Below the pieces are notes generated by a model. That model did not search any database. It saw only the letters and a list, made by a program, of their open reading frames with translations, and was not told the origin of the DNA. Source: an uncultured Eubacteriales bacterium (lineage in GTDB: Bacteria > Acidobacteriota > Aminicenantia > Aminicenantales > Aminicenantaceae). From it: a DNA stretch of 64,000 bases. Position 1 is the first letter of the stretch, and each line of letters starts with the position of its first letter. The stretch lies in NCBI GenBank assembly GCA_964346815.1, contig CAYFWF010000047.1, positions 890 through 64,889 on the forward strand. Direction: 5' to 3'. Positions 9,462-17,162 of this stretch are shown here, piece by piece. The position numbers were made by a program, and so were the translations under genes.

Positions 9462-10658
9462 TCACTCCTGGTGGCTATTCTCAGGAATTCGTTTCAGAAG
9501 ATCATCCAAAAGTTTTTTAGCTTCTTCATTATCCGGTTCCAACTCCAGTGCTTTTTTTATACTCTGAATACTCAGATCAACCTTGTTCAACTGAACATAT
9601 GCTTTACCTAAGTTAACGAAGCCATTTGCAGACTTTGAGTAAATGGATACAAAATATGTATAAAGTTCAACTGATTGTTGAGATTCATTGTTTCCCAAAT
9701 ACCTTTGGCCGACGGTGTTAAGGATGTCAGGAGGGGGAAGGACTTTGAATCCGAACCGTTTCGTTAAGGTCTCATAGTGCTTTTTTATGAAATCCAAGGT
9801 TCCACTCCTGAAGAATTCTAGCTCTGGAATCCACCCTGAAAAGAGATTCATCAATCCTTGATAAAATCCCTTTATGGGAACGTGTCCCTCACCCTCAAAT
9901 ATGTCAGAGTCCCACTTAAGTCCCAGATTTTCCTTATTATGGAGCAGGGCGTCGAATTTTCTTATTCCTTCATGAAGTTCTTCAGGTTCATTTCCTCCTC
10001 CTGAAAAGTACAGGTATTTATGGGACAGCAATTCGCCAGGAATTTCATCCAATCGATCGGATAAAAATTGTAGTCGCTCTTCGTTTTGAAGGACCGGACT
10101 GGATGCGATAAAGGCGGAAAACATAGCGGGATCCTTGAGGAGAATATAGGCTGTAAAAAAGCCAGCCAAGGAATGTCCAACCAGAATCCTGTACTCATGG
10201 ATCCGGTATTTTTTCTCGAGGTGGACAAACAATTCCTTTTTGAGAAAACAAATGAACTTTTCAGAATCCTTGATTGCCTGTGGATCGCTTGTCCTGCATG
10301 GATCCAGATCCCTCCTTCTGTCTGTATTGGGAATCCCCACAACGATCATTTGGGGGAGATAGTTGGGGGATATCATGTCCACAATACTCACACAGTACCG
10401 AAATGCCCAATCGCCATCGAGGACAAGCATAAGAGGATAGGACCCGTCTGAGCTTTCAAAATTATCCGGAAGATAGATCTCCAACGGCCGCCATTCACCT
10501 AAGATCTTAGAGAAAATTTGAGTTCTGTGTCCAATGATAATATTCTCGTCAATCTCTTTTTTTTGCGTATTTTGCATGGATTGAGCTGGAAAAATTTGTA
10601 TCATACAAAGTACAAAAAAAAGAAAAACAAGACACATTTTTGAGTTCATAATTATCAC
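9462..10658 (-). CDS. secreted esterase (esterase-D/enterochelin-esterase-like alpha/beta hydrolase) with C-terminal TPR
   Basis: Signal peptide; GHSLAG nucleophile elbow; C-terminal TPR-like segment (LGKAYVQLNKVDLSIQSIKKALELEPDNEEA). Confidence 0.65.
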   Translation of the reverse strand: MIIMNSKMCLVFLFFVLCMIQIFPAQSMQNTQKKEIDENIIIGHRTQIFSKILGEWRPLEIYLPDNFESSDGSYPLMLVLDGDWAFRYCVSIVDMISPNYLPQMIVVGIPNTDRRRDLDPCRTSDPQAIKDSEKFICFLKKELFVHLEKKYRIHEYRILVGHSLAGFFTAYILLKDPAMFSAFIASSPVLQNEERLQFLSDRLDEIPGELLSHKYLYFSGGGNEPEELHEGIRKFDALLHNKENLGLKWDSDIFEGEGHVPIKGFYQGLMNLFSGWIPELEFFRSGTLDFIKKHYETLTKRFGFKVLPPPDILNTVGQRYLGNNESQQSVELYTYFVSIYSKSANGFVNLGKAYVQLNKVDLSIQSIKKALELEPDNEEAKKLLDDLLKRIPENSHQE

Positions 10659-10920
10659 TCCACTTTCTAATTTTGACCAATATTATTTATTTAAATATTA
10701 TCACCGTCTCCCAGAAATCGCCAATTTCTCCTTTAAAGAAGTAAGAATATATTCATTTTGACTCGATAATCTCCCTGTGTTACATACTACAAGAATAGCA
10801 ACTATGCAGATGTTCATGTTCTATGTGAAATCTTGGAAACAAACAGGATAGATACTTATAGGAAAAATAATTGTTGAGCGTAATATTTAAAAATTAAACT
10901 CAAAAGTAGGGAAAGGGCAA

Positions 10921-11541
10921 ATGAAAAGCAAAGGCATATCAATTTTAACAGGGCTGATTTTTATTCTCATTTTTAGTCTAAACGGACAAGAAATGCCGCA
11001 GAACTGGAAAGCCAAAACACTTTGGGAGAGCATTGAAAAGATTCAGAGAGTAATAGTTGGCGATATCGATCCAAATCATAAAGGAGACGAAATCATTTCA
11101 GTAACTCAGAAGGGTGAAGTCGTCTATACGCTCGAATCCCCTGATGGATGGGTAAACGATATTCTCTGGGTTGACACGGCCTCTCTAACAGGAGCAGCAA
11201 TAGGTGAATTGGATACTGGTCACCCAGGCAGAGAGGTTATCGTGGGAGGCGCGAGGGGAGTTTCAGAGGAAATATACAGGGACAAAGACGGCCTGCGAGG
11301 TGTGGCAGTTGCAGATATCCAGCCAGATATCCCGGGTAATGAAGTGGCTATCTTCGGCTATGCGAAAGATATCATTATGATTTATCCAAAAAACGGCGAG
11401 TGGGTGACAGAGACTCTGTGGACTGATTCAGACCGTGCGCACAGCCTTTCCTGTGGAAACTTTTCACCCTCTACATCCTGGCAGGAATGCGTGGTAGGAG
11501 GCTATTCAAAAAAGGTCACTGGAATCTTCTACAAAAAATGA
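10921..11541 (+). CDS. secreted FG-GAP/VCBS-like repeat protein
   Basis: Signal peptide; repeated D-x-D/N-x-D-G motifs (GDIDPNHKGDEI, GELDTGHPGREV, ADIQPDIPGNEV). Confidence 0.45.
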   Translation: MKSKGISILTGLIFILIFSLNGQEMPQNWKAKTLWESIEKIQRVIVGDIDPNHKGDEIISVTQKGEVVYTLESPDGWVNDILWVDTASLTGAAIGELDTGHPGREVIVGGARGVSEEIYRDKDGLRGVAVADIQPDIPGNEVAIFGYAKDIIMIYPKNGEWVTETLWTDSDRAHSLSCGNFSPSTSWQECVVGGYSKKVTGIFYKK

Positions 11542-13115
11542 GAATCCCCTCTTCTCTTAAAGGCGAAGTGAAGAAAGTAATCTTAGGACTGTTTTTTATC
11601 AATCTGATGATAGCGAGTTTTGCCCTAGAGAGCAGAGGAGCTGAGGTTAGAAAAACTCCGGCCATAAAGATCTCCTCGCCTGTTAAAATCGATGGGAATT
11701 TGAGCGATGAGGCGTGGGAAAATATAGATCCTATAAGAGACTTCATCCAATTTTCCCCGTTCCATGGCGAACCATCCCCTCTGAAAACAGAAGTTAGGAT
11801 TGCCTATGACGACGAATCGATATACTGTGGCTTTTACTGCATTGACCTTGATCCTGAGAAGATCTCCGCCAGCATCACCAAAAGAGATGCGGAATTCGAA
11901 CAGGATGATACAGTTATCGTTATGCTCGATACTTTCAACGACAATCGCACATGCTATCTATTTGCAACCAATCTTCTGGGGACACAATTCGATGGCAAGG
12001 TCGCGGATAACGGACGCTCAGAGGACGATAGCTGGGATGAATCTTGGCAGTCAGCAGCTCAGCGAGTGGAGGATGGATGGATTGCAGAAATCGCTATACC
12101 CTTTTCCATTCTCAAGTTTAAAAGCGGAGAAGGCAGGATATGGGGGCTTAATATCGGAAGAAACTATCCCCGAACTCTCGAGACAAGCTTTTGGGTCGGC
12201 CCTCTCGAAAAGGAGAATCGTGTATCCCAGTTTGGAAAATTGGTGGACCTTGATCTTCAGCCTAAAGGAAAAAGACTGACAATCATGCCCTATGGTCTCT
12301 CTCAAGTTCAGGAAGACAAGAAATGGGAAGGAAAGGCAGGAATTGATTTTCGTTATCCATTCACCTCAAACCTAGGAGCGGATATCACCATCAATCCTGA
12401 CTTTGCCACTGTAGAAGCCGATGTAGAACAGATCAATCTTACGCGTTTTGAACTCCGCATCTCCGAAAAGCGGCCTTTTTTTCTGGAAGGATCTGAATAT
12501 TTTAGAACTCGTATCAATCAATTCTACTCACGCCGCATCGGTGACATACCGTGGGGGGCAAAACTGACAGGCAAAATTGGCGGCTGGAATATAGCCCTCA
12601 TCAACGCTCAGTCAGATCCTGCTTCAACTGGAGCAATTCCCGAAAGCGAGGAAAAAAAAGCACTCTACAGCGTATTCCGCACCCAGAGGGATATATTTGG
12701 AAACTCTAATATCGGTCTCATCTTTGCTAACAGAGCATACAAAGGAGAAAACAGCGGCTCAATAGGAATAGATACGACTCTCTTTTTTACAAGAACTTTA
12801 GGAATGACTGCACAATTTGTTAAGAGTCATGGTCCCGTTAAAGACGGTACCTGGGCCTGGTTTATTCGACCCGCATTTGACAGCGCAACAGGCCATTTCC
12901 ATATTCGGTACTCCCACTGGGGCGAAGGATTGATGGAGAATATGAACTCAATTGCTTATATCCGAGATGACGACCGAAAGGAAATAGACTCCAATCTCTC
13001 TAAAACTTTCTGGATAAGAAAAGGTTGGTTTGAGCGCATCCAATTTACGACAAACTACAATCGATACTGGAGCCAGGAAGGAGTCCTGAGGAGCTGGGAT
13101 TCGAGTTCACGATAA
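11538..13115 (+). CDS. secreted DOMON/CBM9-like domain + large beta-barrel protein (DUF5916-like); probably truncated by an in-frame stop
   Basis: ATGA overlap start; signal peptide; N-terminal motif KIDGNLSDEAWENIDPIRDF; ORF ends at TAA 13113-13115 but the same frame continues with plausible beta-strand sequence. Confidence 0.5.
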   Translation: MRIPSSLKGEVKKVILGLFFINLMIASFALESRGAEVRKTPAIKISSPVKIDGNLSDEAWENIDPIRDFIQFSPFHGEPSPLKTEVRIAYDDESIYCGFYCIDLDPEKISASITKRDAEFEQDDTVIVMLDTFNDNRTCYLFATNLLGTQFDGKVADNGRSEDDSWDESWQSAAQRVEDGWIAEIAIPFSILKFKSGEGRIWGLNIGRNYPRTLETSFWVGPLEKENRVSQFGKLVDLDLQPKGKRLTIMPYGLSQVQEDKKWEGKAGIDFRYPFTSNLGADITINPDFATVEADVEQINLTRFELRISEKRPFFLEGSEYFRTRINQFYSRRIGDIPWGAKLTGKIGGWNIALINAQSDPASTGAIPESEEKKALYSVFRTQRDIFGNSNIGLIFANRAYKGENSGSIGIDTTLFFTRTLGMTAQFVKSHGPVKDGTWAWFIRPAFDSATGHFHIRYSHWGEGLMENMNSIAYIRDDDRKEIDSNLSKTFWIRKGWFERIQFTTNYNRYWSQEGVLRSWDSSSR

Positions 13116-13530
13116 TCCCCCACACTGACAAACAAGTGGGAAATCAGGTTGAATCACGACGAGGATTTCAAGCGCTATGAAAAAGATTTCCGCAACCGTG
13201 AAACGAGCTTGAGTATCGGCTACGACACCAGAACGGGAAGGTCTTTTTCCAAACCAATTCTGTTATTGACAAAAAAATGTTCAGGTTGTCTTCGTATGGC
13301 GATTTCTCCCGCCTTTTGGCTCTCTTCAGATTGCTTATCAAAGAGGCACATCAGGGTTCGGCACAAAATCAGATCAAGGGCATACATTATTTACTAAGCT
13401 ATCCTGGGTATTCTAAAGACCGAAGAAAAATACTGGCTTTTTTTCCATTTAAACTTTACATGCATAAAAAGTCTTATACCTTACATCGAAATACAAAAAT
13501 CCTTAAACGCTCCATAGGAACAAGGTAAAT
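13116..13530 (+). pseudogene. decayed 3' portion of the preceding gene (same frame after TAA, then frameshifted)
   Basis: ORF 13149..13397 is in the same frame as 11538..13115 (NHDEDFKRYEKDFRNRETSLSIGYDTRTGRSF...); no RBS or start of its own. Confidence 0.35.
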
Positions 13531-13774
13531 GTCCTATTTCCGCTCTCATTTTTTTCCGTCAAGTCTACTCACCAGCAGAAGTCACGGGATTAAATCCTAT
13601 GACTCCTAGTTTAATTCCAGGGACTTCTCAGGGACAAAAACATGACAAAATAGACCAAAACTGATTGTTTACCCTTGTTTTCGTCTATTTGCCGTGGTGA
13701 CATTAAATATTATGTTTTCAAAGGATTAGTGCCGAGGTCCGGACTCGAACTGGTACGCAGGCTCACTTACGAGC

Positions 13775-13787
13775 GATTTTAAGTCCC
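13775..13787. repeat. 13-bp direct repeat GATTTTAAGTCCC (copy 1) = anticodon stem-loop of tRNA-Leu
   Basis: Exact 13-nt match with 13965-13977; also present in intact tRNA at 2378-2390. Confidence 0.9.
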
Positions 13788-13964
13788 CTGTTCCATCAAA
13801 AATCCACCGTGTCCTTCTTGTGTCCCTCTTCTGCACAGGAGTATGCAGACTATACAGATAATTGGGAAAATACACATCTCCCTATTTTTCCAAAATCTGC
13901 TGATTTTTCAGTAAGTTACTGGCTTTTAATGCTTTACAGAAAAACTCGAATTCTCTTTCCTGAT

Positions 13965-13977
13965 GATTTTAAGTCCC
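13965..13977. repeat. 13-bp direct repeat GATTTTAAGTCCC (copy 2)
   Basis: Exact match; flanks the 177-bp insert. Confidence 0.9.
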
Positions 13978-14257
13978 TTGCGTCTACCAATTCCGCCACC
14001 CCGGCATACCAAGTGAGGGGATTATATCATAATCCTAAAACCCCAACAAGCTCTGGGAATTTCCATGCAGTCCACTCCTTACAAGGATTGCTTCAATCCA
14101 TATATCGACCCGCGTTGACATCGATGACTTCTTTCCATTCTTCGCCCTCTATGGACAGCAAAAACGAATGAGGCCCCGAGGTTCCCGCAGTATGATCCGA
14201 GTTGACATGGACCCAGACAGTGATAGAATAAGTTTAGAAGTGGGAGTGTTTGAAACG

Positions 14258-15421
14258 ATGCGCACAATTCTTTTTACCGGAAAAGGAGGGGTGGGGAAAA
14301 CCACACTCTCTGCAGCTACGGCTCTGCAATGCGCAAACAAGGGATACAGAACCCTTGTTATTTCTACCGATGCCGCCCATTCTCTCTCCGACTCTTTCGA
14401 AACTCAACTCTCCAGCCAGCCCAAAAGAATTGCGGCCAACCTTTTCGGTCAGGAAATAAACGCCCTGGAGGAAATAGAGAAAAATTGGGGGGATATCAAA
14501 AGCTATTTGAGCGCCCTCTTCTCTTCTCAGGGAATAGACGAGATAGAAGCCGAAGAGATGAGTGTTTTCCCGGGCATGGAAGAGCTGTTCAGCCTGATGG
14601 AAATCCGCAACTATAACAGATCTTCCGAATATGATGTCATTATCGTAGACTGTGCTCCCACAGGGGATACCTTGAGGCTCCTCAGCGCTCCGGAAATCAC
14701 CAACTGGTACCTCAAACACATCTTTCCCATCCAGAGAACCGCGGCCAGGGCCGTAAGGCCTGTGGCTAACCGGGTCCTTCCCTTTCCTTTCCCTGAAGAT
14801 AAAGTCTTCGGCGCCATGAAGAAGCTGACTACCCAGCTGGCCGAGATGAAAGAAATCCTTTCCGATTCCCAAAAAACGACCGTCCGCCTTGTGGTCAATC
14901 CAGAAAAGATGGTCATCAAAGAGGCGCAGCGGGCATTTACATTCTTCAGTCTCTTCGGCTATGCCGTCGACCTTATCATCGTAAACAGGGTGATTCCTCC
15001 GGATATACAGGATGCGTACTTTGATAAATGGAAGGTCATTCAATCTGGATACCAAAGGAAGATCAAGGAGTGTTTTTCACCCATCCCCATATTTTCATTG
15101 GAGCTTTTAGAAGAGGAAATCATTGGTACAGAGCTGCTCTCTCGGATAGCGAAAAAAATATACGGCAGAAAAGATCCAGCCCGGATTTTTCTCTCTCAAA
15201 AGCCTGTCGCTATTCAGAAGGCAGACGGCGGATTCGATATGCTCCTGAATCTGCCTTTTCAGAAAAAGGCCGATATAGACCTCTACAAGAACGGCGATGA
15301 GCTGATCATTAAAGCGGGCAAGTTCAAAAGGAACATCATCCTTCCGCCGACGTTGATCCATTATTCGATCAAAAGCGCGAAGTTCGAAGAAGAAAAGCTT
15401 AGAATAAGCTTCCGCCAATAG
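14258..15421 (+). CDS. ArsA/GET3-family ATPase with C-terminal HSP20-like domain
   Basis: Deviant Walker A GKGGVGKTT; ArsA signature DCAPTGDTLRLL; C-terminal alpha-crystallin-like segment (DLYKNGDELIIKAGKFKRNIILP...KLRISF); GGAG RBS before ATG at 14258. Confidence 0.8.
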   Translation: MRTILFTGKGGVGKTTLSAATALQCANKGYRTLVISTDAAHSLSDSFETQLSSQPKRIAANLFGQEINALEEIEKNWGDIKSYLSALFSSQGIDEIEAEEMSVFPGMEELFSLMEIRNYNRSSEYDVIIVDCAPTGDTLRLLSAPEITNWYLKHIFPIQRTAARAVRPVANRVLPFPFPEDKVFGAMKKLTTQLAEMKEILSDSQKTTVRLVVNPEKMVIKEAQRAFTFFSLFGYAVDLIIVNRVIPPDIQDAYFDKWKVIQSGYQRKIKECFSPIPIFSLELLEEEIIGTELLSRIAKKIYGRKDPARIFLSQKPVAIQKADGGFDMLLNLPFQKKADIDLYKNGDELIIKAGKFKRNIILPPTLIHYSIKSAKFEEEKLRISFRQ

Positions 15422-15464
15422 ACCTTTAGGCTCAAACAGTCCTAATGGGAAAGGAGGTGACGCA

Positions 15465-15689
15465 GTGAACGAAGAGAAGACACGAGAAATCAGAATCAGT
15501 CTGCCCGAAGAGATCTTTTCGATCTTATTCCCCAGGGATGCTGTCGGTCATGTGATCAAGGCAAGAAAAGAAATGCTTTTCGCTGTCCGTTCCTTCATCG
15601 ATGCGAGAATCGCAATGCTGGAAAAGATGGAGAAGAAGACCTCGCAAGGGAAGAGAAGCGAAAAAAAGAAAAAAATAAAAATCGAGTAG
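15465..15689 (+). CDS. small hypothetical protein (74 aa, lysine-rich tail), GTG start
   Basis: Strong RBS AAGGAGGTGA 5 nt upstream of GTG; follows the ArsA-like gene on the same strand. Confidence 0.4.
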   Translation: MNEEKTREIRISLPEEIFSILFPRDAVGHVIKARKEMLFAVRSFIDARIAMLEKMEKKTSQGKRSEKKKKIKIE

Positions 15690-15765
15690 AAATTCTTTTA
15701 TTGACTTAAAATCCTTCAGATATTAGAGTAACTGTATTCTTGAAAGCGATTCTGAAATAAAAGAA

Positions 15766-16428
15766 GTGAATAAGAGTAACCGGTCCCAGGAAACAGCACG
15801 AATTTTACCCAAAAATTTGATCGCTTCCGCCATCCAATTTGCCGACAGCCTGGCCGACATTTTCATCCGCCTCAAAATTTCCCCCAATTCCTTGAGTGTT
15901 TTTGCGCTCATTCTCGGATTCGGAGCGGGATTTCTCTATTTTTCTTCCAAACCTTTATGGGCTGGAATTGTCATCGTTTTCTGCGGTTTGTTCGATATGC
16001 TGGATGGAAAAGTGGCAGTAAAAACAAAGCGAATGAGCTTGTTCGGAGCCATTTTTGACTCGACTTTAGACAGATATTCTGAATTTTTTATCTACCTTGG
16101 CTTGGCCTACTATTTCAGGAACCACTGGGCTCTTTGGCTGCTTTTCTTCACCTTTCTCGGGTCCTCGATGGTCAGCTACACACGGGCTCGAGCCGAAGGA
16201 CTGGGCATAGAGTGCAAAATAGGGGTGATGCAGAGGGCCGAAAGAATGGTCCTGCTCGCCTCTGCCTCCATCCTGGGTTCTGCCTTCGGAGTTTTCGACC
16301 CTGCCATGATCGGGGTGCTGATCGCCATCGCTGTCATCTCAAACATCACAGCCTTCCAGAGAACGTTCTATGTCAGAAAAGTGGAGAAGCTGAATACGCT
16401 AGAACTCAAAACGAAGCATGCAAAATAG
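15766..16428 (+). CDS. CDP-alcohol phosphatidyltransferase family protein
   Basis: D-x2-DG-x2-A-x8-G-x3-D-x3-D-like motif (DMLDGKVAVKTKRMSLFGAIFDSTLD); multiple TM segments; GTG start. Confidence 0.7.
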   Translation: MNKSNRSQETARILPKNLIASAIQFADSLADIFIRLKISPNSLSVFALILGFGAGFLYFSSKPLWAGIVIVFCGLFDMLDGKVAVKTKRMSLFGAIFDSTLDRYSEFFIYLGLAYYFRNHWALWLLFFTFLGSSMVSYTRARAEGLGIECKIGVMQRAERMVLLASASILGSAFGVFDPAMIGVLIAIAVISNITAFQRTFYVRKVEKLNTLELKTKHAK

Positions 16429-16509
16429 AACAAAACTTTGCTCTCTGCAAAGTTTTCACATATTTTTCCATTTTTTATAACTTCCAGCAAAGTTCATTTC
16501 GCTTTGTTT

Positions 16510-16786
16510 CAAAGTGAGGAGAAATAAAACTTGGAATAAAGGAGCAGGGAAATGTGGAAGCGACATTGAAGATTTAGCCTTCCAGAACCGCCCTGCGAGG
16601 GAATCCGATCTCGTCGGACTCCGAGGATGTATTGAGCACGACAATTCCGAAGATTTGAAACTCGGCTTAACATAGAATAACAACAAAGGACTTGAATTGA
16701 TCATGCGGAGTTCCGCAGGCGCCGAGAAGGACGGTGAAGGAATGGCGTTAAAAATCTGAACTAAAGCGAAGACATTTCCCTGCTCC
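16510..16786 (+). repeat. intergenic repeat element, copy A (full length; inner TIR 16541-16555 / 16772-16786)
   Basis: GGAGCAGGGAAATGT at 5' end pairs perfectly with ACATTTCCCTGCTCC at 3' end; conserved leader CAAAGTGAGGAGAAATAAAA; conserved blocks shared with copy at 38553. Confidence 0.7.
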
Positions 16787-17162
16787 CTATGACAATACCT
16801 CCCTCCATTCATTTTAAGAGAACCTTAATTCTTTACATCATCAACGCGTAAATCAAGCCTCACCATTTCCACAGCAGTTTGGATAACTTCCAACCAAGCT
16901 AGTCAGGGACCACCCAGTACGAACGGGCATGATGAGCGGAGTGTGTCGATATCATTAAAAGAGATTGCTTCACCATCAGAGGTGGTTCGCAATGACAACG
17001 GGCTTCGCTGGGGAAAAAAGCCGGGGACGAATCAGCTTGCCTGACTGTTCCCGCAGAGTGGTTTTTGAGAGGGTTTCATGAAGGGGCTTGATAATGTTGC
17101 TCGTTTGAGCAAAAATGAACAGAGATCGGGTGTATGAGTATTCAAGAAAGGAGACCTCGGGC

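Larger units (their letters stand above)
13730..14005 (-). pseudogene. disrupted, degenerate tRNA-Leu(UAA) paralog split by a 177-bp insert
   Basis: 5' half (13965-14005) identical to that of the tRNA at 2332..2418; 3' half (13730-13787) has a different variable arm and two mismatches in the T stem; anticodon stem-loop present twice. Confidence 0.6.

Noticed and set aside
10659-10920. AT-rich 260-bp gap
   Set aside because: A divergent promoter region between the esterase and the FG-GAP-like gene. No repeats or structure beyond AT richness.
13788-13964. Group I intron in tRNA-Leu(UAA) anticodon loop
   Set aside because: The insert is only 177 nt. The 13-nt duplication makes the 5'-exon terminal U and intron omega-G requirements incompatible. 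The spliced product would have a mismatched anticodon stem, and the T stem of the host tRNA is degenerate.
13809-14171. 120-aa ORF spanning the tRNA-Leu remnant and insert
   Set aside because: It runs through tRNA-derived sequence. No RBS and no protein-like composition.
14234-15055. 273-aa minus-strand ORF
   Set aside because: Antisense shadow of the ArsA-HSP20 gene. No motifs and low-complexity composition.
16510-16786. Identification of the repeat family as RNase P RNA, tmRNA, SRP RNA or 6S RNA
   Set aside because: None of the universally conserved motifs of those RNAs (e.g. GGAAAGUCCGG/ACAGAAA for RNase P, tag ORF and CCA for tmRNA) are present. Multiple divergent copies also argue against a single-copy housekeeping RNA.
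16456-16812. Minus-strand ORFs across repeat copies A (118 aa) and B (38625..38831)
   Set aside because: The two products share only the peptide encoded by the nucleotide-conserved 3' block (GNVFALVQIFNAIP) and diverge completely elsewhere. Conservation is at the DNA/RNA level, not the protein level.
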